Source: a virus. From it: DNA of 64,000 nt. The stretch covers positions 1 through 64,000 of the IMG/VR virus record IMGVR_UViG_3300022858_000345; one strand, 5' to 3'. The first letter of the stretch is position 1; each line of letters starts with the position of its first letter. Below, in pieces: positions 1 through 9,555 of the stretch. The notes under the pieces are model-generated. The model did no database searches, was not told where the DNA came from, and was given only the letters and a program-made list of their open reading frames with translations. The position numbers were made by a program, and so were the translations under genes.

Positions 1-251
1 TTCATGCTTGGATGGGAGAGATGTGATAAATGCGGGAAGGAGAAATATACTGGAAAGAACATTCAATTCACCGAGATAAAGTTTCCTACAATCATACTTA
101 AATAACTATGCCTGAAGAAGAACCAACATTAAGCGAAGAGAAACTACTGTCTATTGAAAAACAGGTGGAGGATATAGCTTTAAAACATAAAGAAATGTTT
201 GAGCTAATAGATCAGATCAGAGAATTAATTAAACAACTTAATAAATAATAC

Positions 252-779
252 ATGAAAATTGCATTAGAAGGAGCAATGAGCACAGGTAAAACTACTATAG
301 GAGAACTTGTGGCAAAAAAATTAGGAGTGACTTTTATTGAAGAAGCTGCTCGAAAAGCTTTAAAGGCTGGTTTTGAATTAGATAAAGGAGCCACATTTGA
401 AAGTCAAATATGGATGCTTGCTTACCAGTATGTTGGAGAGTTTAAGTGTTCTGAGGGTTTTATAGCTGATAGAGGAATTATGAGTATTGCAGTATATACA
501 GCTTTAAATGATACTATAAAAAAATCATCTAAAGAGAATATTATAAATTTAATTAAGAATGAGTTAGTAGGAAATAAACAGTATGACAAAATAATTTATT
601 TTCCTCCAAATGTTTTAAAATTAGAAGATGATGGTGTTAGATGCGTAGATGAATCTTTTCAAAAAGCATTGCATGAAACTTATTTAAAACTCTTTTCAGA
701 TTGGGGATTAGATTATTATGTTCTTAAATCTGTAGAGATAGAAGATAGGGTTGAAGAAATTTGTAAGCTTATTATTTAA
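252..779 (+). CDS. P-loop nucleotide/nucleoside kinase-like protein (dNMP kinase / AAA_28-like)
   Basis: N-terminal Walker A GAMSTGKTT, central DR motif (IADRG), DDGVR lid-like motif. Confidence 0.7.
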   Translation: MKIALEGAMSTGKTTIGELVAKKLGVTFIEEAARKALKAGFELDKGATFESQIWMLAYQYVGEFKCSEGFIADRGIMSIAVYTALNDTIKKSSKENIINLIKNELVGNKQYDKIIYFPPNVLKLEDDGVRCVDESFQKALHETYLKLFSDWGLDYYVLKSVEIEDRVEEICKLII

Positions 780-789
780 CTTTAAATAT

Positions 790-1011
790 ATGTTCGACAA
801 AAAATTTGCAGTATTACTAACCACAATACACGCATGGATGATGGCTTTCTTTGCAGGAGCGGGTATCCTGTTTGCTATTTCAGAAGCGAGTAAGTTCTAT
901 GATTTTGCTATAGGACTTGGATTTTTTATTGGTGTTATATTAGTAGGATTCATTTACCTTTCAATTTGGTATTTGATAATCTTTCTAATTAGAAAATCAA
1001 TTCTGAAATAG
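790..1011 (+). CDS. small membrane protein
   Basis: two hydrophobic segments; ATG at 790 preferred to TTG at 751. Confidence 0.6.
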   Translation: MFDKKFAVLLTTIHAWMMAFFAGAGILFAISEASKFYDFAIGLGFFIGVILVGFIYLSIWYLIIFLIRKSILK

Positions 1012-1016
1012 AACTC

Positions 1017-1048
1017 AGAAGCCCTATTCAAAAATGGGTAGGGCTTCT
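1017..1048 (+). terminator. stem-loop (terminator or regulatory hairpin)
   Basis: AGAAGCCCTATTCA-AAAA-TGGGTAGGGCTTCT, 14-bp stem with 2 G-U pairs, directly after a stop codon. Confidence 0.5.
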
Positions 1049-1062
1049 ATAATAATTATACT

Positions 1063-1263
1063 ATGGAACAAATTGTAAGTAAATTAATGGCAAATGTATT
1101 ATCAGGAGAAGGTAATGCTGATAGGTGTTTAGCTATATTGGGATGGAGAGGCCCGTCTTTTGCTTTTGTTCTGAAAGAAGAGATATTATCAATGGGGCCT
1201 GATACTCAGCAAATGTTTGTAAATAAAATACATAGTCAGGAATTAATTGGATTAGAATCTTTT
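1063..1263 (+). pseudogene. 5' part of a phage hypothetical gene interrupted by IS1595
   Basis: frame ...LIGLESF resumes after the element at 4853 (SVYINSTLD...NYS*). Confidence 0.8.
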
Positions 1264-1292
1264 GGGAATTATATACAATGTTACCCATTTAC

Positions 1293-1321
1293 TTGACTTT
1301 TATCTTCAATTTGGGTAAGAT
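1293..1321 (+). promoter_or_regulatory. sigma70-type promoter of the transposase
   Basis: TTGACT-N17-TAAGAT just inside the left inverted repeat. Confidence 0.6.
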
Positions 1322-1346
1322 TGCCCCATAAGTAACCAAACAACAA

Positions 1347-2267
1347 ATGAGCAATTCTAAGCAAAGGCAGAAAATCTCTATCCTACAAATCACATCGATG
1401 TTTCCCGATAACAAATCAGCCGAGGAATGGTTTATAAAAACTCGCTGGAATGATGAAATAAAATGTACAAGTTGTAATTCCTCAAGAATCTCAGAGCGTA
1501 AAACTAAAGCAAGATCATGGCGCTGTAAGGATTGTAGAAAGGATTTTAGTACAAAGACCGACACAATCATGCAGGGAAGCAATTTAGGCTTTAGGATTTG
1601 GGCAATCGCCATTTACCTTCTTACGACAAGTTTAAAAGGTGTTGCTAGTACAAAATTGGCAAGTGATTTAAATATAACTCAGAAATCTGCTTGGCATTTA
1701 GCAATGAGGATTCGAGAAACTTACAAGAGCAATGTAGGCAAGCTTTCAGGAACTATTGAAGTGGATGAGGCTTATTTTGGAGGTAAGGAGAGAAACAAAC
1801 ATGCTAATAAGAGGTTGAAAGCAGGTCGTGGGGCTGTTGGAAAGCAGGCAGTTATCGGAGCTAAGCAAAGAGGTGGGGAAATCGTAGCTCAAACACTCGA
1901 TAAGACGACAAAGGCTGAATTACAGGGGTTTATAAACGAAACAGTAGAAACAGGCTCTAATGTAATGACAGACGACCACAGGGGATATTTAAACATGAAC
2001 GGATACAATCACGATTCAGTTAGTCATAGCGTTGGTGAATATGTAAGAGATCAGGCACATACAAACGGTATAGAAAGTTTCTGGGCTTTATTGAAACGTG
2101 GTTACAATGGCACACACCATCATATGAGTAAAAAACATCTTGGTCAGTATGTAAGTGAATTTGCAGGGCGACACAATACTCGTTCTTTAGATACCATGTT
2201 TCAAATGTCCAGTATAATGTATAGTATGGTTGGGAAAAGACTAAAATATAACGACTTAATAGCATGA
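1347..2267 (+). CDS. IS1595-family (ISXO2-like) DDE transposase
   Basis: N-terminal Zn ribbon (CTSC..CKDC), EVDEAYFGG, VMTDD, HTNGIESFWALLKRG, HLGQYVSEF motifs. Confidence 0.95.
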   Translation: MSNSKQRQKISILQITSMFPDNKSAEEWFIKTRWNDEIKCTSCNSSRISERKTKARSWRCKDCRKDFSTKTDTIMQGSNLGFRIWAIAIYLLTTSLKGVASTKLASDLNITQKSAWHLAMRIRETYKSNVGKLSGTIEVDEAYFGGKERNKHANKRLKAGRGAVGKQAVIGAKQRGGEIVAQTLDKTTKAELQGFINETVETGSNVMTDDHRGYLNMNGYNHDSVSHSVGEYVRDQAHTNGIESFWALLKRGYNGTHHHMSKKHLGQYVSEFAGRHNTRSLDTMFQMSSIMYSMVGKRLKYNDLIA

Positions 2268-4666
2268 GTGAAAACACATTAAACGAAAGAAAGACTGAAA
2301 ATCTTGTTCGTGATATGTTGAGGAAGCGTGGGTACTATGATGACAGCTCTATTGTTATTGAGGAGCAAAAATCAGATAATCCAAAGATTGATAAACTCTT
2401 AAAAAGTGCTTCGAAATCAGGTAGTGGTCGTGGATACCCAGAGTTCATAATATCATTCAAAAATGAGCCAAGAAACTTAATCGTGATTGAGTGTAAAGCC
2501 TCCACAAAAGACCATCAAAGTAAAGATAGGAAGCAGTATTCAAGGTGTGCCGTAGATGGTGTGTTGTTATACGCTAATTACTTAAAAGATAGTTTTAATG
2601 TTATAGCCATAGCAGTCAGCGGAGAAACCGAAAGAGAAGTGAAGATATCGCACTTTTTATGGCTTCAAGAAAAGCACACATATAAAGATATAAGCGATAA
2701 GACTATTCTTGACCCAGAATCTATTTTTTCAATTGTTGAAAAACAATCTAAACCACTTAAAGAGGAAGAATTGGTTAAAAAAGCCATTGAGTATAACAAA
2801 AACTTACATAGCTATTCTACACCAGAAGTTGAAAGATGCACTTTGATTAGCTCAATCTTAGTAGCATTACAGGATATTTCATTCACAAACACCTTCCATA
2901 ATTATACTCACGATAAAGACGATGAAGATTACAACCCAAACATAGTACTACTAGATGAGTTGCTAGGAGCCTGTAAAAGAATTTTTAGAAAAAACAAGAT
3001 TAGTGATGATAAAATGGAGATTATTTTAAGAGAATATGAAAAAATCAAATCAAACCATACCTTTAGAAGTAAAGTAATTACCAAGAATAAGAAAAAAGAA
3101 CAAAACACTATTTTAAGAGATTTAATAGATGACATAAATACCAATATCATGCCATATATAAACAAGAATGTTTATGATGTTCTTGGTAAATTCTACACAC
3201 AATTCATTAGATACGCTGGAAGTGATAGTAAAACAGGGTTGGTATTGACACCTACGCACGTAGCCGATTTTTTTTGTGATATAGCAGAGATTAAAGATAA
3301 CGATATAGTTTTTGACCCTTGTTGTGGTACAGGTGGTTTTTTAGTATCTTCTATGAAGTATATGCTAGAAAAATCAGGCAATGACCTCAAAAGACAAAAG
3401 GAAATAAAATCAAATCAACTTATAGGAATTGAAAAAAGAGCAGATATGTTTGCACATGCCTGTTCAAATATGATGATGAGAGGAGACGGGAAAAGTAATA
3501 TCTATTTTGGAGATTGCTTTGATGAAGACTTAAAAGAAGAAATCAAAAAGAAAAAACCAACAAAGGCACTTCTCAATCCTCCTTACGACGTAGGAGAAGC
3601 TGGACAACTTGAGTTTATAGAAAACTCTTTAGAGTGCATAGAAAAGAGTGGTATTTGTGTAGCTATATGCCAAATGTCAACAGTCGTTTCTTCAAAAAAA
3701 GATCCTATAATAGTAAGGGGGCGATTACTTGAAAAGCATACGCTAAAGGCTGTTTTCTCTATGCCTAATGAGCTTTTTCATCCCATTGGTGTTGTCACTT
3801 GTATTTTGGTGTTTGAGGCACACAATCCGCATCCAAAGAATAAAGAGACTTTTTTTGGATACTTCAAGAATGATGGTTTTGTAAAACAAAAGGACAAAGG
3901 GAGGGTGGATTGTGATGAAAAATGGAGTGGCATTAAAAAGGAGTGGTTAAGCGCTTATGTAAATAATAAAGAGATTGCTGGGTTGAGTGCTACTAGAAAG
4001 ATAAAAGCAGAAGATGAGTGGTGTGCAGAAGCATATATGTCAACAGACTATAGTGATTTAACAAATGATAATTTTTCTAATGTTATTAGAGATTTCGTAG
4101 CGTTTAAAATATTAAGCAAGCAATCTACTAGTGGTAAAATTGGTTCTAAAGCTATAAATAAGTCTTATTCTCTTGGGGTAGAGAAGTGGGAATATTTTAA
4201 TATTAACAATATCTTTCCTACTATAGAAGCTACCAAGGGGGGAACAACAGGTGAATTAACTCAGGGAGATGAAATACCATATATTGCTGCTAAGAAAAAT
4301 ATTAACGGGCTAGATATGATGTGTGCAAAAAAGAGTAATGAACAATTTATCTCTGAAGGTAATTGTATTGTTTTTATACAATTAGGTGCGGGAAGTGCAG
4401 GATATACAACATATCAAGAAAAAGATTTTATTGGGATGAGTGGGAAAACATCATGTGGCTATAATGATAAACTTAATAAGTATAATGGACTCTTTCTTGT
4501 TGCAATTCTTGATAAAGAAAGACCGAAGTTTTCTTTTGGAAGAAGTTGGACTGGGCATAGGCTAACTTCAACAAAAATCAAACTCCCTGTTAATCAAAAA
4601 GGAGAGCCTGATTGGAAGTTTATGGAAGAATACATAAAATCATTACCTTATTCTTCAAATCTATAG
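2264..4666 (+). CDS. fused type IIG/IIB-like restriction endonuclease, N6-adenine methyltransferase and specificity domain
   Basis: N-terminal GYPEF...IECK nuclease motif; FDPCCGTGGFL (motif I); NPPY (motif IV); C-terminal HsdS/TRD-like end (IKLPV..GEPDWKFMEEYI). Confidence 0.85.
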   Translation: MSENTLNERKTENLVRDMLRKRGYYDDSSIVIEEQKSDNPKIDKLLKSASKSGSGRGYPEFIISFKNEPRNLIVIECKASTKDHQSKDRKQYSRCAVDGVLLYANYLKDSFNVIAIAVSGETEREVKISHFLWLQEKHTYKDISDKTILDPESIFSIVEKQSKPLKEEELVKKAIEYNKNLHSYSTPEVERCTLISSILVALQDISFTNTFHNYTHDKDDEDYNPNIVLLDELLGACKRIFRKNKISDDKMEIILREYEKIKSNHTFRSKVITKNKKKEQNTILRDLIDDINTNIMPYINKNVYDVLGKFYTQFIRYAGSDSKTGLVLTPTHVADFFCDIAEIKDNDIVFDPCCGTGGFLVSSMKYMLEKSGNDLKRQKEIKSNQLIGIEKRADMFAHACSNMMMRGDGKSNIYFGDCFDEDLKEEIKKKKPTKALLNPPYDVGEAGQLEFIENSLECIEKSGICVAICQMSTVVSSKKDPIIVRGRLLEKHTLKAVFSMPNELFHPIGVVTCILVFEAHNPHPKNKETFFGYFKNDGFVKQKDKGRVDCDEKWSGIKKEWLSAYVNNKEIAGLSATRKIKAEDEWCAEAYMSTDYSDLTNDNFSNVIRDFVAFKILSKQSTSGKIGSKAINKSYSLGVEKWEYFNINNIFPTIEATKGGTTGELTQGDEIPYIAAKKNINGLDMMCAKKSNEQFISEGNCIVFIQLGAGSAGYTTYQEKDFIGMSGKTSCGYNDKLNKYNGLFLVAILDKERPKFSFGRSWTGHRLTSTKIKLPVNQKGEPDWKFMEEYIKSLPYSSNL

Positions 4667-4669
4667 CCT

Positions 4670-4816
4670 ATGAATAAAAATACTCACCAAAAACAAGCAG
4701 GTCGCCCGCCTCAAAACATAGTAGAGCCTATTAAAGATACCCCTGAGAATGTGGCAAGGGCAATTATGGCAGGCTCTAAAAAGCAAAATAAACTTATTCA
4801 GCAATCAAGTAGCTAG
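4670..4816 (+). CDS. 48-aa IS-associated small protein
   Basis: ORF MNKNTHQKQAGRPPQNIVEPIKDTPENVARAIMAG... fills the gap between the RM gene and the right inverted repeat. Confidence 0.5.
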   Translation: MNKNTHQKQAGRPPQNIVEPIKDTPENVARAIMAGSKKQNKLIQQSSS

Positions 4817-4852
4817 GCACTGGGTAACATTGTATATAATTCCCAATCTTTT

Positions 4853-4978
4853 AGTGTTTATATAAATAGTACTTTAGACCCTGAAATAAAGGTATTAGTT
4901 GAACAGCATTTATTGAAATTTTTATTACCCAATTTTTTTAAAACATTAAAAAATGAAACGAAAAGCAATTATAGTTGA
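4853..4978 (+). pseudogene. 3' part of the IS-interrupted gene
   Basis: 41 open codons in frame with 1063..1263 once the IS and one target copy are removed. Confidence 0.75.
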
Positions 4979-5402
4979 TATTGACGGTACTTTAGCAAAT
5001 GTAGACCATAGGCTAAAATATTTAACTGCTCCTAAAGTAAGAGGATTAAAAAAAGCATTTCACGATAGGCTTCATTTAGACACTCCTAATGAATGGTGTA
5101 AAAAGATTATAGAGCTATTTATAGCTGAGGGAACTACAGTAATATTATTAACTTGCCGTCCTATTATATATAAAAGTCAAACTTTTGATTGGCTTAGAAC
5201 TAATAATATTGAGTACGATATTCTGTATATGCGCCCCCTAGACGATAGTAGACCTGATTGTGTTATTAAAAAAGAACTTTATAATAATTGTATAAAGGAG
5301 TACTATGATGTCAGCTTTATTTTAGAGGATAGAAAAGCGGTAGTACAAATGTGGAGGAAATTAGGATTAGTGTGCTTACAATGTGAAAAAGGAGAATTTT
5401 AA
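4953..5402 (+). CDS. HAD-family phosphatase (polynucleotide kinase 3'-phosphatase-like domain)
   Basis: DIDGTLA motif I, LTCRP, LYMRP..D.RPD..IK, EDR..VVQMWR.LGL.CLQ. Confidence 0.85.
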   Translation: MKRKAIIVDIDGTLANVDHRLKYLTAPKVRGLKKAFHDRLHLDTPNEWCKKIIELFIAEGTTVILLTCRPIIYKSQTFDWLRTNNIEYDILYMRPLDDSRPDCVIKKELYNNCIKEYYDVSFILEDRKAVVQMWRKLGLVCLQCEKGEF

Positions 5403-5421
5403 ATAATAAAATATAAAATTT

Positions 5422-5706
5422 ATGTCTACAGAAAATAGCTATTCTACAACAGATTTTGGATTTTCCTGTTATCTATTAACTAACAACATTGATATTGTTG
5501 AAGTTATTTTAAAAGATAGAGATAGAGGTATTTGTGAATTTATTTTTTTAATATCTAAAGAGGATGAATTTTTTCAAGATATGGAAAATAAATGGTATAA
5601 CTCAAATGACACAAAAGCCATTAAAGACATTTTAAGGGCTAGTAGAATTTTAAAAGGCAAATTAAAAATATGTTTGCTTCAAAATAACGCCCCAAGAAAA
5701 ATATAA
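5422..5706 (+). CDS. hypothetical protein
   Basis: ORF with A-rich leader. Confidence 0.6.
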   Translation: MSTENSYSTTDFGFSCYLLTNNIDIVEVILKDRDRGICEFIFLISKEDEFFQDMENKWYNSNDTKAIKDILRASRILKGKLKICLLQNNAPRKI

Positions 5707-5710
5707 ATAC

Positions 5711-5739
5711 TTGATAATTTTTAAAAAATGTTCTATAAT
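5711..5739 (+). promoter_or_regulatory. sigma70-type promoter of the HNH gene
   Basis: TTGATA-N17-TATAAT. Confidence 0.65.
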
Positions 5740-5764
5740 ATCAAGAGTATTATAACTAAGAACT

Positions 5765-6277
5765 ATGCCCGCAAAGGGTTCTAAACTTTCAGAAGAGCAA
5801 AAGGAGCATTTAAGACTAATTAATACTGGTAAAAAACACTCTGAAAAAACTAAGAAAAAAATGAGTAGTGCTCATAAAGGAGTAAACATTTGGTCGAAAG
5901 GTAGAAAATGGACAGACGAGCAAAAGAAAAGTTTAAAAGGAAGAAAAGTTTGGAACACTGGTAAGAAGTGTCCTAGTTTAGCAGCTAAAATATCTGGGGA
6001 TAAATGTCATTTTTGGAAAGGAGGCATAACGCCTGGGAGACTAAAAATTAGAAATAGTGCAGAGTTTAAAGAATGGAGAAGAAAAGTATTTAAAAGAGAT
6101 AATTACACTTGCCAGGAGTGTACTGATAAACGAGGAGGAAATTTAGAAGCCCACCATATAAAACCATTTTCTAAATACCCAAAATTAAGATTTGAAGTAA
6201 CCAATGGACAAACTTTATGTAAAGAATGCCATAAAAAAACAGATAGTTATGGTGGTCTCTCTAATAAAAAAATATAA
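5765..6277 (+). CDS. NUMOD3-HNH homing endonuclease
   Basis: HSEKTKKKMS NUMOD3 repeats; RDNYTCQEC...HHIKPF...NGQTLCKECH. Confidence 0.9.
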   Translation: MPAKGSKLSEEQKEHLRLINTGKKHSEKTKKKMSSAHKGVNIWSKGRKWTDEQKKSLKGRKVWNTGKKCPSLAAKISGDKCHFWKGGITPGRLKIRNSAEFKEWRRKVFKRDNYTCQECTDKRGGNLEAHHIKPFSKYPKLRFEVTNGQTLCKECHKKTDSYGGLSNKKI

Positions 6278-6292
6278 TATAAATATAACAAT

Positions 6293-7060
6293 ATGCAACC
6301 AAAACACATATCACCATCTCAGATTGGCACTTTCTTGACCTGTCCTCTTCAGTACAAATATTCTTATTTAGATGGTTTACCAAAACCACCTCCAAACATC
6401 TATATGATATATGGCTCTGCTTTTCATGCGGCTTTAGAGTTTAACTACCAGCAAAAAATAAAGAGTAGAAAAGATTTACCATCTTCAGAAGTTATATCAA
6501 AATTTGATGAAGTTTTTGAGAGAGAATTAAAAAAGCATAATATTTTTAATAATAAAATTAGGAATGACATGTTTATATCAGCTAGAAACTCTATTGTTTG
6601 GTATATGACTAATGAGTCTTATAAAATTCAACCTAAGTTAGTTGAAGAAGTATTTGAAATAAAATTAACAAATTTTCCTATTACTATAAAAGGTATTATG
6701 GATTTGGTTACTGAAGACGATATTATAGTTGATTATAAAACTGCGGGCTTAAATTGGAGGAGTCAGTATAAAAATTTATCTAATAATGTTCAGCTCATAA
6801 TGTATGCAGTTGCTTTTAGAAAGCTATTTGATAGAAAAGAGAAAGGAATTGAATTTAATATTTTCCCTAGAAATGACGAAGTAATGTATAGAAGGGGAAC
6901 AATGTTTGACGAAGAAACAATTTTAAGATGGTTAAATAATGCTACGAATATAGACAAGATAATAAAATTGGGGGTCTTTATTCCGAACTATAATAGCTGT
7001 AGTCAGTGTTTTTATAAGAATACCTGTCCTAAGCAAGTGATAGTAGACCAAAAAACTTGA
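6293..7060 (+). CDS. PD-(D/E)XK exonuclease, RecB/Cas4-like
   Basis: SPSQI..F..CP, G.AFH, GIMDL...IVDYKT, QL..Y, C-terminal CxxC..C. Confidence 0.85.
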   Translation: MQPKHISPSQIGTFLTCPLQYKYSYLDGLPKPPPNIYMIYGSAFHAALEFNYQQKIKSRKDLPSSEVISKFDEVFERELKKHNIFNNKIRNDMFISARNSIVWYMTNESYKIQPKLVEEVFEIKLTNFPITIKGIMDLVTEDDIIVDYKTAGLNWRSQYKNLSNNVQLIMYAVAFRKLFDRKEKGIEFNIFPRNDEVMYRRGTMFDEETILRWLNNATNIDKIIKLGVFIPNYNSCSQCFYKNTCPKQVIVDQKT

Positions 7061-7085
7061 AAAAGTTAAAAGAGTATGATATATT
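7057..7085 (+). promoter_or_regulatory. phage promoter (conserved-spacer family)
   Basis: TTGAAA-aagttaaaagagtaTGa-TATATT. Confidence 0.6.
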
Positions 7086-7261
7086 GGAGGCAACATGAAA
7101 ATAAAGCTAAAAGAACTGATTAAAAAAATAGGTTGGAAAAAAACCTGTAAAGTAATGGATTTTACAGGCGTTAGAGATAAAGATAACCTAGTGGACTATG
7201 ATGTGATTTTAACTACAGAAGAAGCTGAAAAATATAATTTATTAATTTAACCCAACAAAAC

Positions 7262-7969
7262 ATGGGAAAAGCTTTAGAAGTTACAGAGTTTGAAGCTGAT
7301 GTGGCGGAGTACAAGTCTATGGAGACTAAAGTTACTCAGGATTTTTTAGGTGGAGTGATGAAGTTAGGAGAGATTTTAAAACGTCAACGTGCTAAATACA
7401 AACCACAAAAACAGTGGACAGAGTATTTAGAAAAAGTAGGGAGAACAATGACAGCGGCTAATCAAAATATTCGTATTTATGAATATGCTGAAGATAATTT
7501 GAAAACTCTTATGGAGTCAAATCTTACAGGATGGGAAAAGTTAAACACTTTCTTATCTTTACCAGAACCTTTAAGAGAAAAACTTGCTGAAGAGATTAAA
7601 GGGCAAGAATTAACTGCTGAAGAATTTAGAGAGAAAGTTGTTGATCTTAAAGGAGATGAAGCAGATGTAGTAGTTACTGATGAAATGGTTGATAATTTTC
7701 CTATAGAAGAGGGTTTTGCTGATATGATAGAACAATCAACTTTAGCTGATTTACATTTTATGGCTAAAAAATTAGTAGAAGAATTTAATAAAATTGGAAA
7801 AAGTTTCTCTACTGAGTGTGTAGTTATTGCTGAAGGATTTTTAGGGATGGAAAAAGCTATCAGAGATTTAGACAAAACTAATTTTAAAAAATTAAATGCT
7901 TCTGAAAAGAAGTATTGGAAAAAGGTTATTGAAAATCAATTAGACAGACTTCTTAATGCAGTAAAATAA
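7262..7969 (+). CDS. hypothetical DNA-binding protein (DUF3102-like)
   Basis: LGEILK..R...W.EYLE.VG..MTAANQNIRIYE pattern. Confidence 0.45.
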   Translation: MGKALEVTEFEADVAEYKSMETKVTQDFLGGVMKLGEILKRQRAKYKPQKQWTEYLEKVGRTMTAANQNIRIYEYAEDNLKTLMESNLTGWEKLNTFLSLPEPLREKLAEEIKGQELTAEEFREKVVDLKGDEADVVVTDEMVDNFPIEEGFADMIEQSTLADLHFMAKKLVEEFNKIGKSFSTECVVIAEGFLGMEKAIRDLDKTNFKKLNASEKKYWKKVIENQLDRLLNAVK

Positions 7970-7970
7970 T

Positions 7971-8504
7971 ATGGTTAGTACACAAACATTTAATCGCCAA
8001 CTTAAATTAGGGAAGGCGGGAGAAAAGAAAGTATTTGAATATCTTAATAATTTACCAGAAACGATTGATGTATTAGATTTATCTATGCACAAATTATTTC
8101 AGCATTATGGTGTAGATGGTTTACTTATTGAGGATATAGAAGATTTACAATTAAATAGTACTTTCTTTGACGTAAAAACAGACTTTCAGCACCATATGAC
8201 AGGTAATTTATTTATGGAAACTACTTCAAGTACGGGGAAGGAAGGAGGAATACTATCCACTAAGGCACAGGTATTTTATTACTATGACCCCTTTGAAGGA
8301 ATACTATTTAAAGTACCTATATATAGTGTTAAACAGTGGTATAAAAGAGAAGGTATATCTTATGCCCATAAGAAAGTTAAAACGCTTACAGGGCAAGATG
8401 AGGGCACTATCGGGATAGCAATATCTCCTAAGCAGTTAATGGATGATGGTGTTCCTATAACAATAACGCAAATAGGGCATTTATCTGAAGAGGATTACAC
8501 TTAA
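7971..8504 (+). CDS. putative PD-(D/E)XK endonuclease-fold protein
   Basis: G..GE, GVD...FDVKTD, TGNLFME motifs. Confidence 0.55.
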   Translation: MVSTQTFNRQLKLGKAGEKKVFEYLNNLPETIDVLDLSMHKLFQHYGVDGLLIEDIEDLQLNSTFFDVKTDFQHHMTGNLFMETTSSTGKEGGILSTKAQVFYYYDPFEGILFKVPIYSVKQWYKREGISYAHKKVKTLTGQDEGTIGIAISPKQLMDDGVPITITQIGHLSEEDYT

Positions 8505-8519
8505 AAAATTTTTAGGTTT
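8499..8519. repeat. dispersed palindromic motif, copy 1
   Basis: ACTTAAAAAATTTTTAGGTTT, identical at 26501-26521; variants at 31138 and 49471. Confidence 0.75.
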
Positions 8520-8568
8520 AAATTTTTGCTAAAATAACATATAATATAATTCCATTAAAAATAAAAAT

Positions 8569-9555
8569 ATGGCACAAGAAAAACATCAAGGTACATTTTA
8601 CATTATTCCTGCAATATTAGCAGAAGAAGGAAATTTAACTAAGGCAATGTTATTTGGGCTTATTACTAGTTTAACTAATAGAAAAGGATATTGTTATGCA
8701 AGTAATAAATATTTAGCTGAAAAATTTAATAGAAAAGATAAATCTATTATTAGTAAGTACATTTCAGAGCTGGAATCAGGGGGCTGGATAATTACTGAAA
8801 TAGATAAAGAAGCTGGCAATAAGCGAAAAATTTGGCTAGTAATGGGCTATATGGAAAAAACCAATAAGGTATACGGAAAAAACCTTATAGGTAATGGGAA
8901 TAAACCTAAGAGCTATAAGGAAAAAACCGAGGATATTAATATAAGAGAAAATAATAAAGGAGTAATAAAAGAGAAAAGTTCTCCTAAAGGAGATCAGCGA
9001 AAAGAAAATTCTGATCAGAAAGAGAAAGCTGATATCAGAACTAGCTCCCCCGAAATTTCTATAAAATCTAAAATTAATTTGTCAAGTATTAGTAAAGAGG
9101 CACCTATAGAAAGGAAAGTAAATGCTTTAACTGATCCAGATCATTTAAAAGTCTTTGAAGTTTATCACGAATTGTTTGGCTATGTGAGGTGTAGTATTAA
9201 AACTCCAAGCATCTTAGTAGGTATACCTAGAGCGGTTAAAATTTATAAAGAGTTTTATCGTGAGGAGGCGGCTGATAAACTAGTAGAAGCTTTAAAGAGC
9301 TTTGAAAAATCGGAATTAATGACTTGGATGATGGATAAAGATATTCGTACGATGGCTCCTAAAAGCATTTTCAGCGAATCTTTCGTTTCAGACCATTTAT
9401 TAACTTTTAATATACAAAATAAAGATGGGAACAATAGTAACCAACATCCGCAGACGGATGAAGAACTACGGAAAATCTCGCAAGATAACAAAGAGCGTTA
9501 TCAAAAGTGGATGGAAAGACGTAGTGGAAAACAAGATACAGAAGCCAGGGTGTAA
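8569..9555 (+). CDS. replication initiator with N-terminal HTH
   Basis: GYCYASNKYLAE...ISKYISELE..GWI winged HTH; directly upstream of the DnaC-like ATPase. Confidence 0.75.
   Translation: MAQEKHQGTFYIIPAILAEEGNLTKAMLFGLITSLTNRKGYCYASNKYLAEKFNRKDKSIISKYISELESGGWIITEIDKEAGNKRKIWLVMGYMEKTNKVYGKNLIGNGNKPKSYKEKTEDINIRENNKGVIKEKSSPKGDQRKENSDQKEKADIRTSSPEISIKSKINLSSISKEAPIERKVNALTDPDHLKVFEVYHELFGYVRCSIKTPSILVGIPRAVKIYKEFYREEAADKLVEALKSFEKSELMTWMMDKDIRTMAPKSIFSESFVSDHLLTFNIQNKDGNNSNQHPQTDEELRKISQDNKERYQKWMERRSGKQDTEARV

Larger units (their letters stand above)
1264..4844 (+). mobile_element. IS1595-family transposon with a passenger restriction-modification gene
   Basis: perfect 24-bp terminal inverted repeats GGGAATTATATACAATGTTACCCA (1264-1287, 4821-4844); 8-bp target duplication AATCTTTT (1256-1263, 4845-4852). 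Confidence 0.95.

Noticed and set aside
1063-1296. 77-aa ORF as an intact gene
   Set aside because: Its last 10 codons come from the IS left end; the true 3' part lies at 4853-4978
1289-3390. Minus-strand ORFs within the IS
   Set aside because: Short, motif-free and antisense to well-supported genes
6293-7060. Cas4-like nuclease as a sign of CRISPR-Cas
   Set aside because: No repeat-spacer array or other cas genes seen; such nucleases are common phage recombination proteins
9425-9555. 131-bp overlap of the initiator and DnaC-like genes as novel dual coding
   Set aside because: The start codon is uncertain and such overlaps are common in phage initiator-loader pairs
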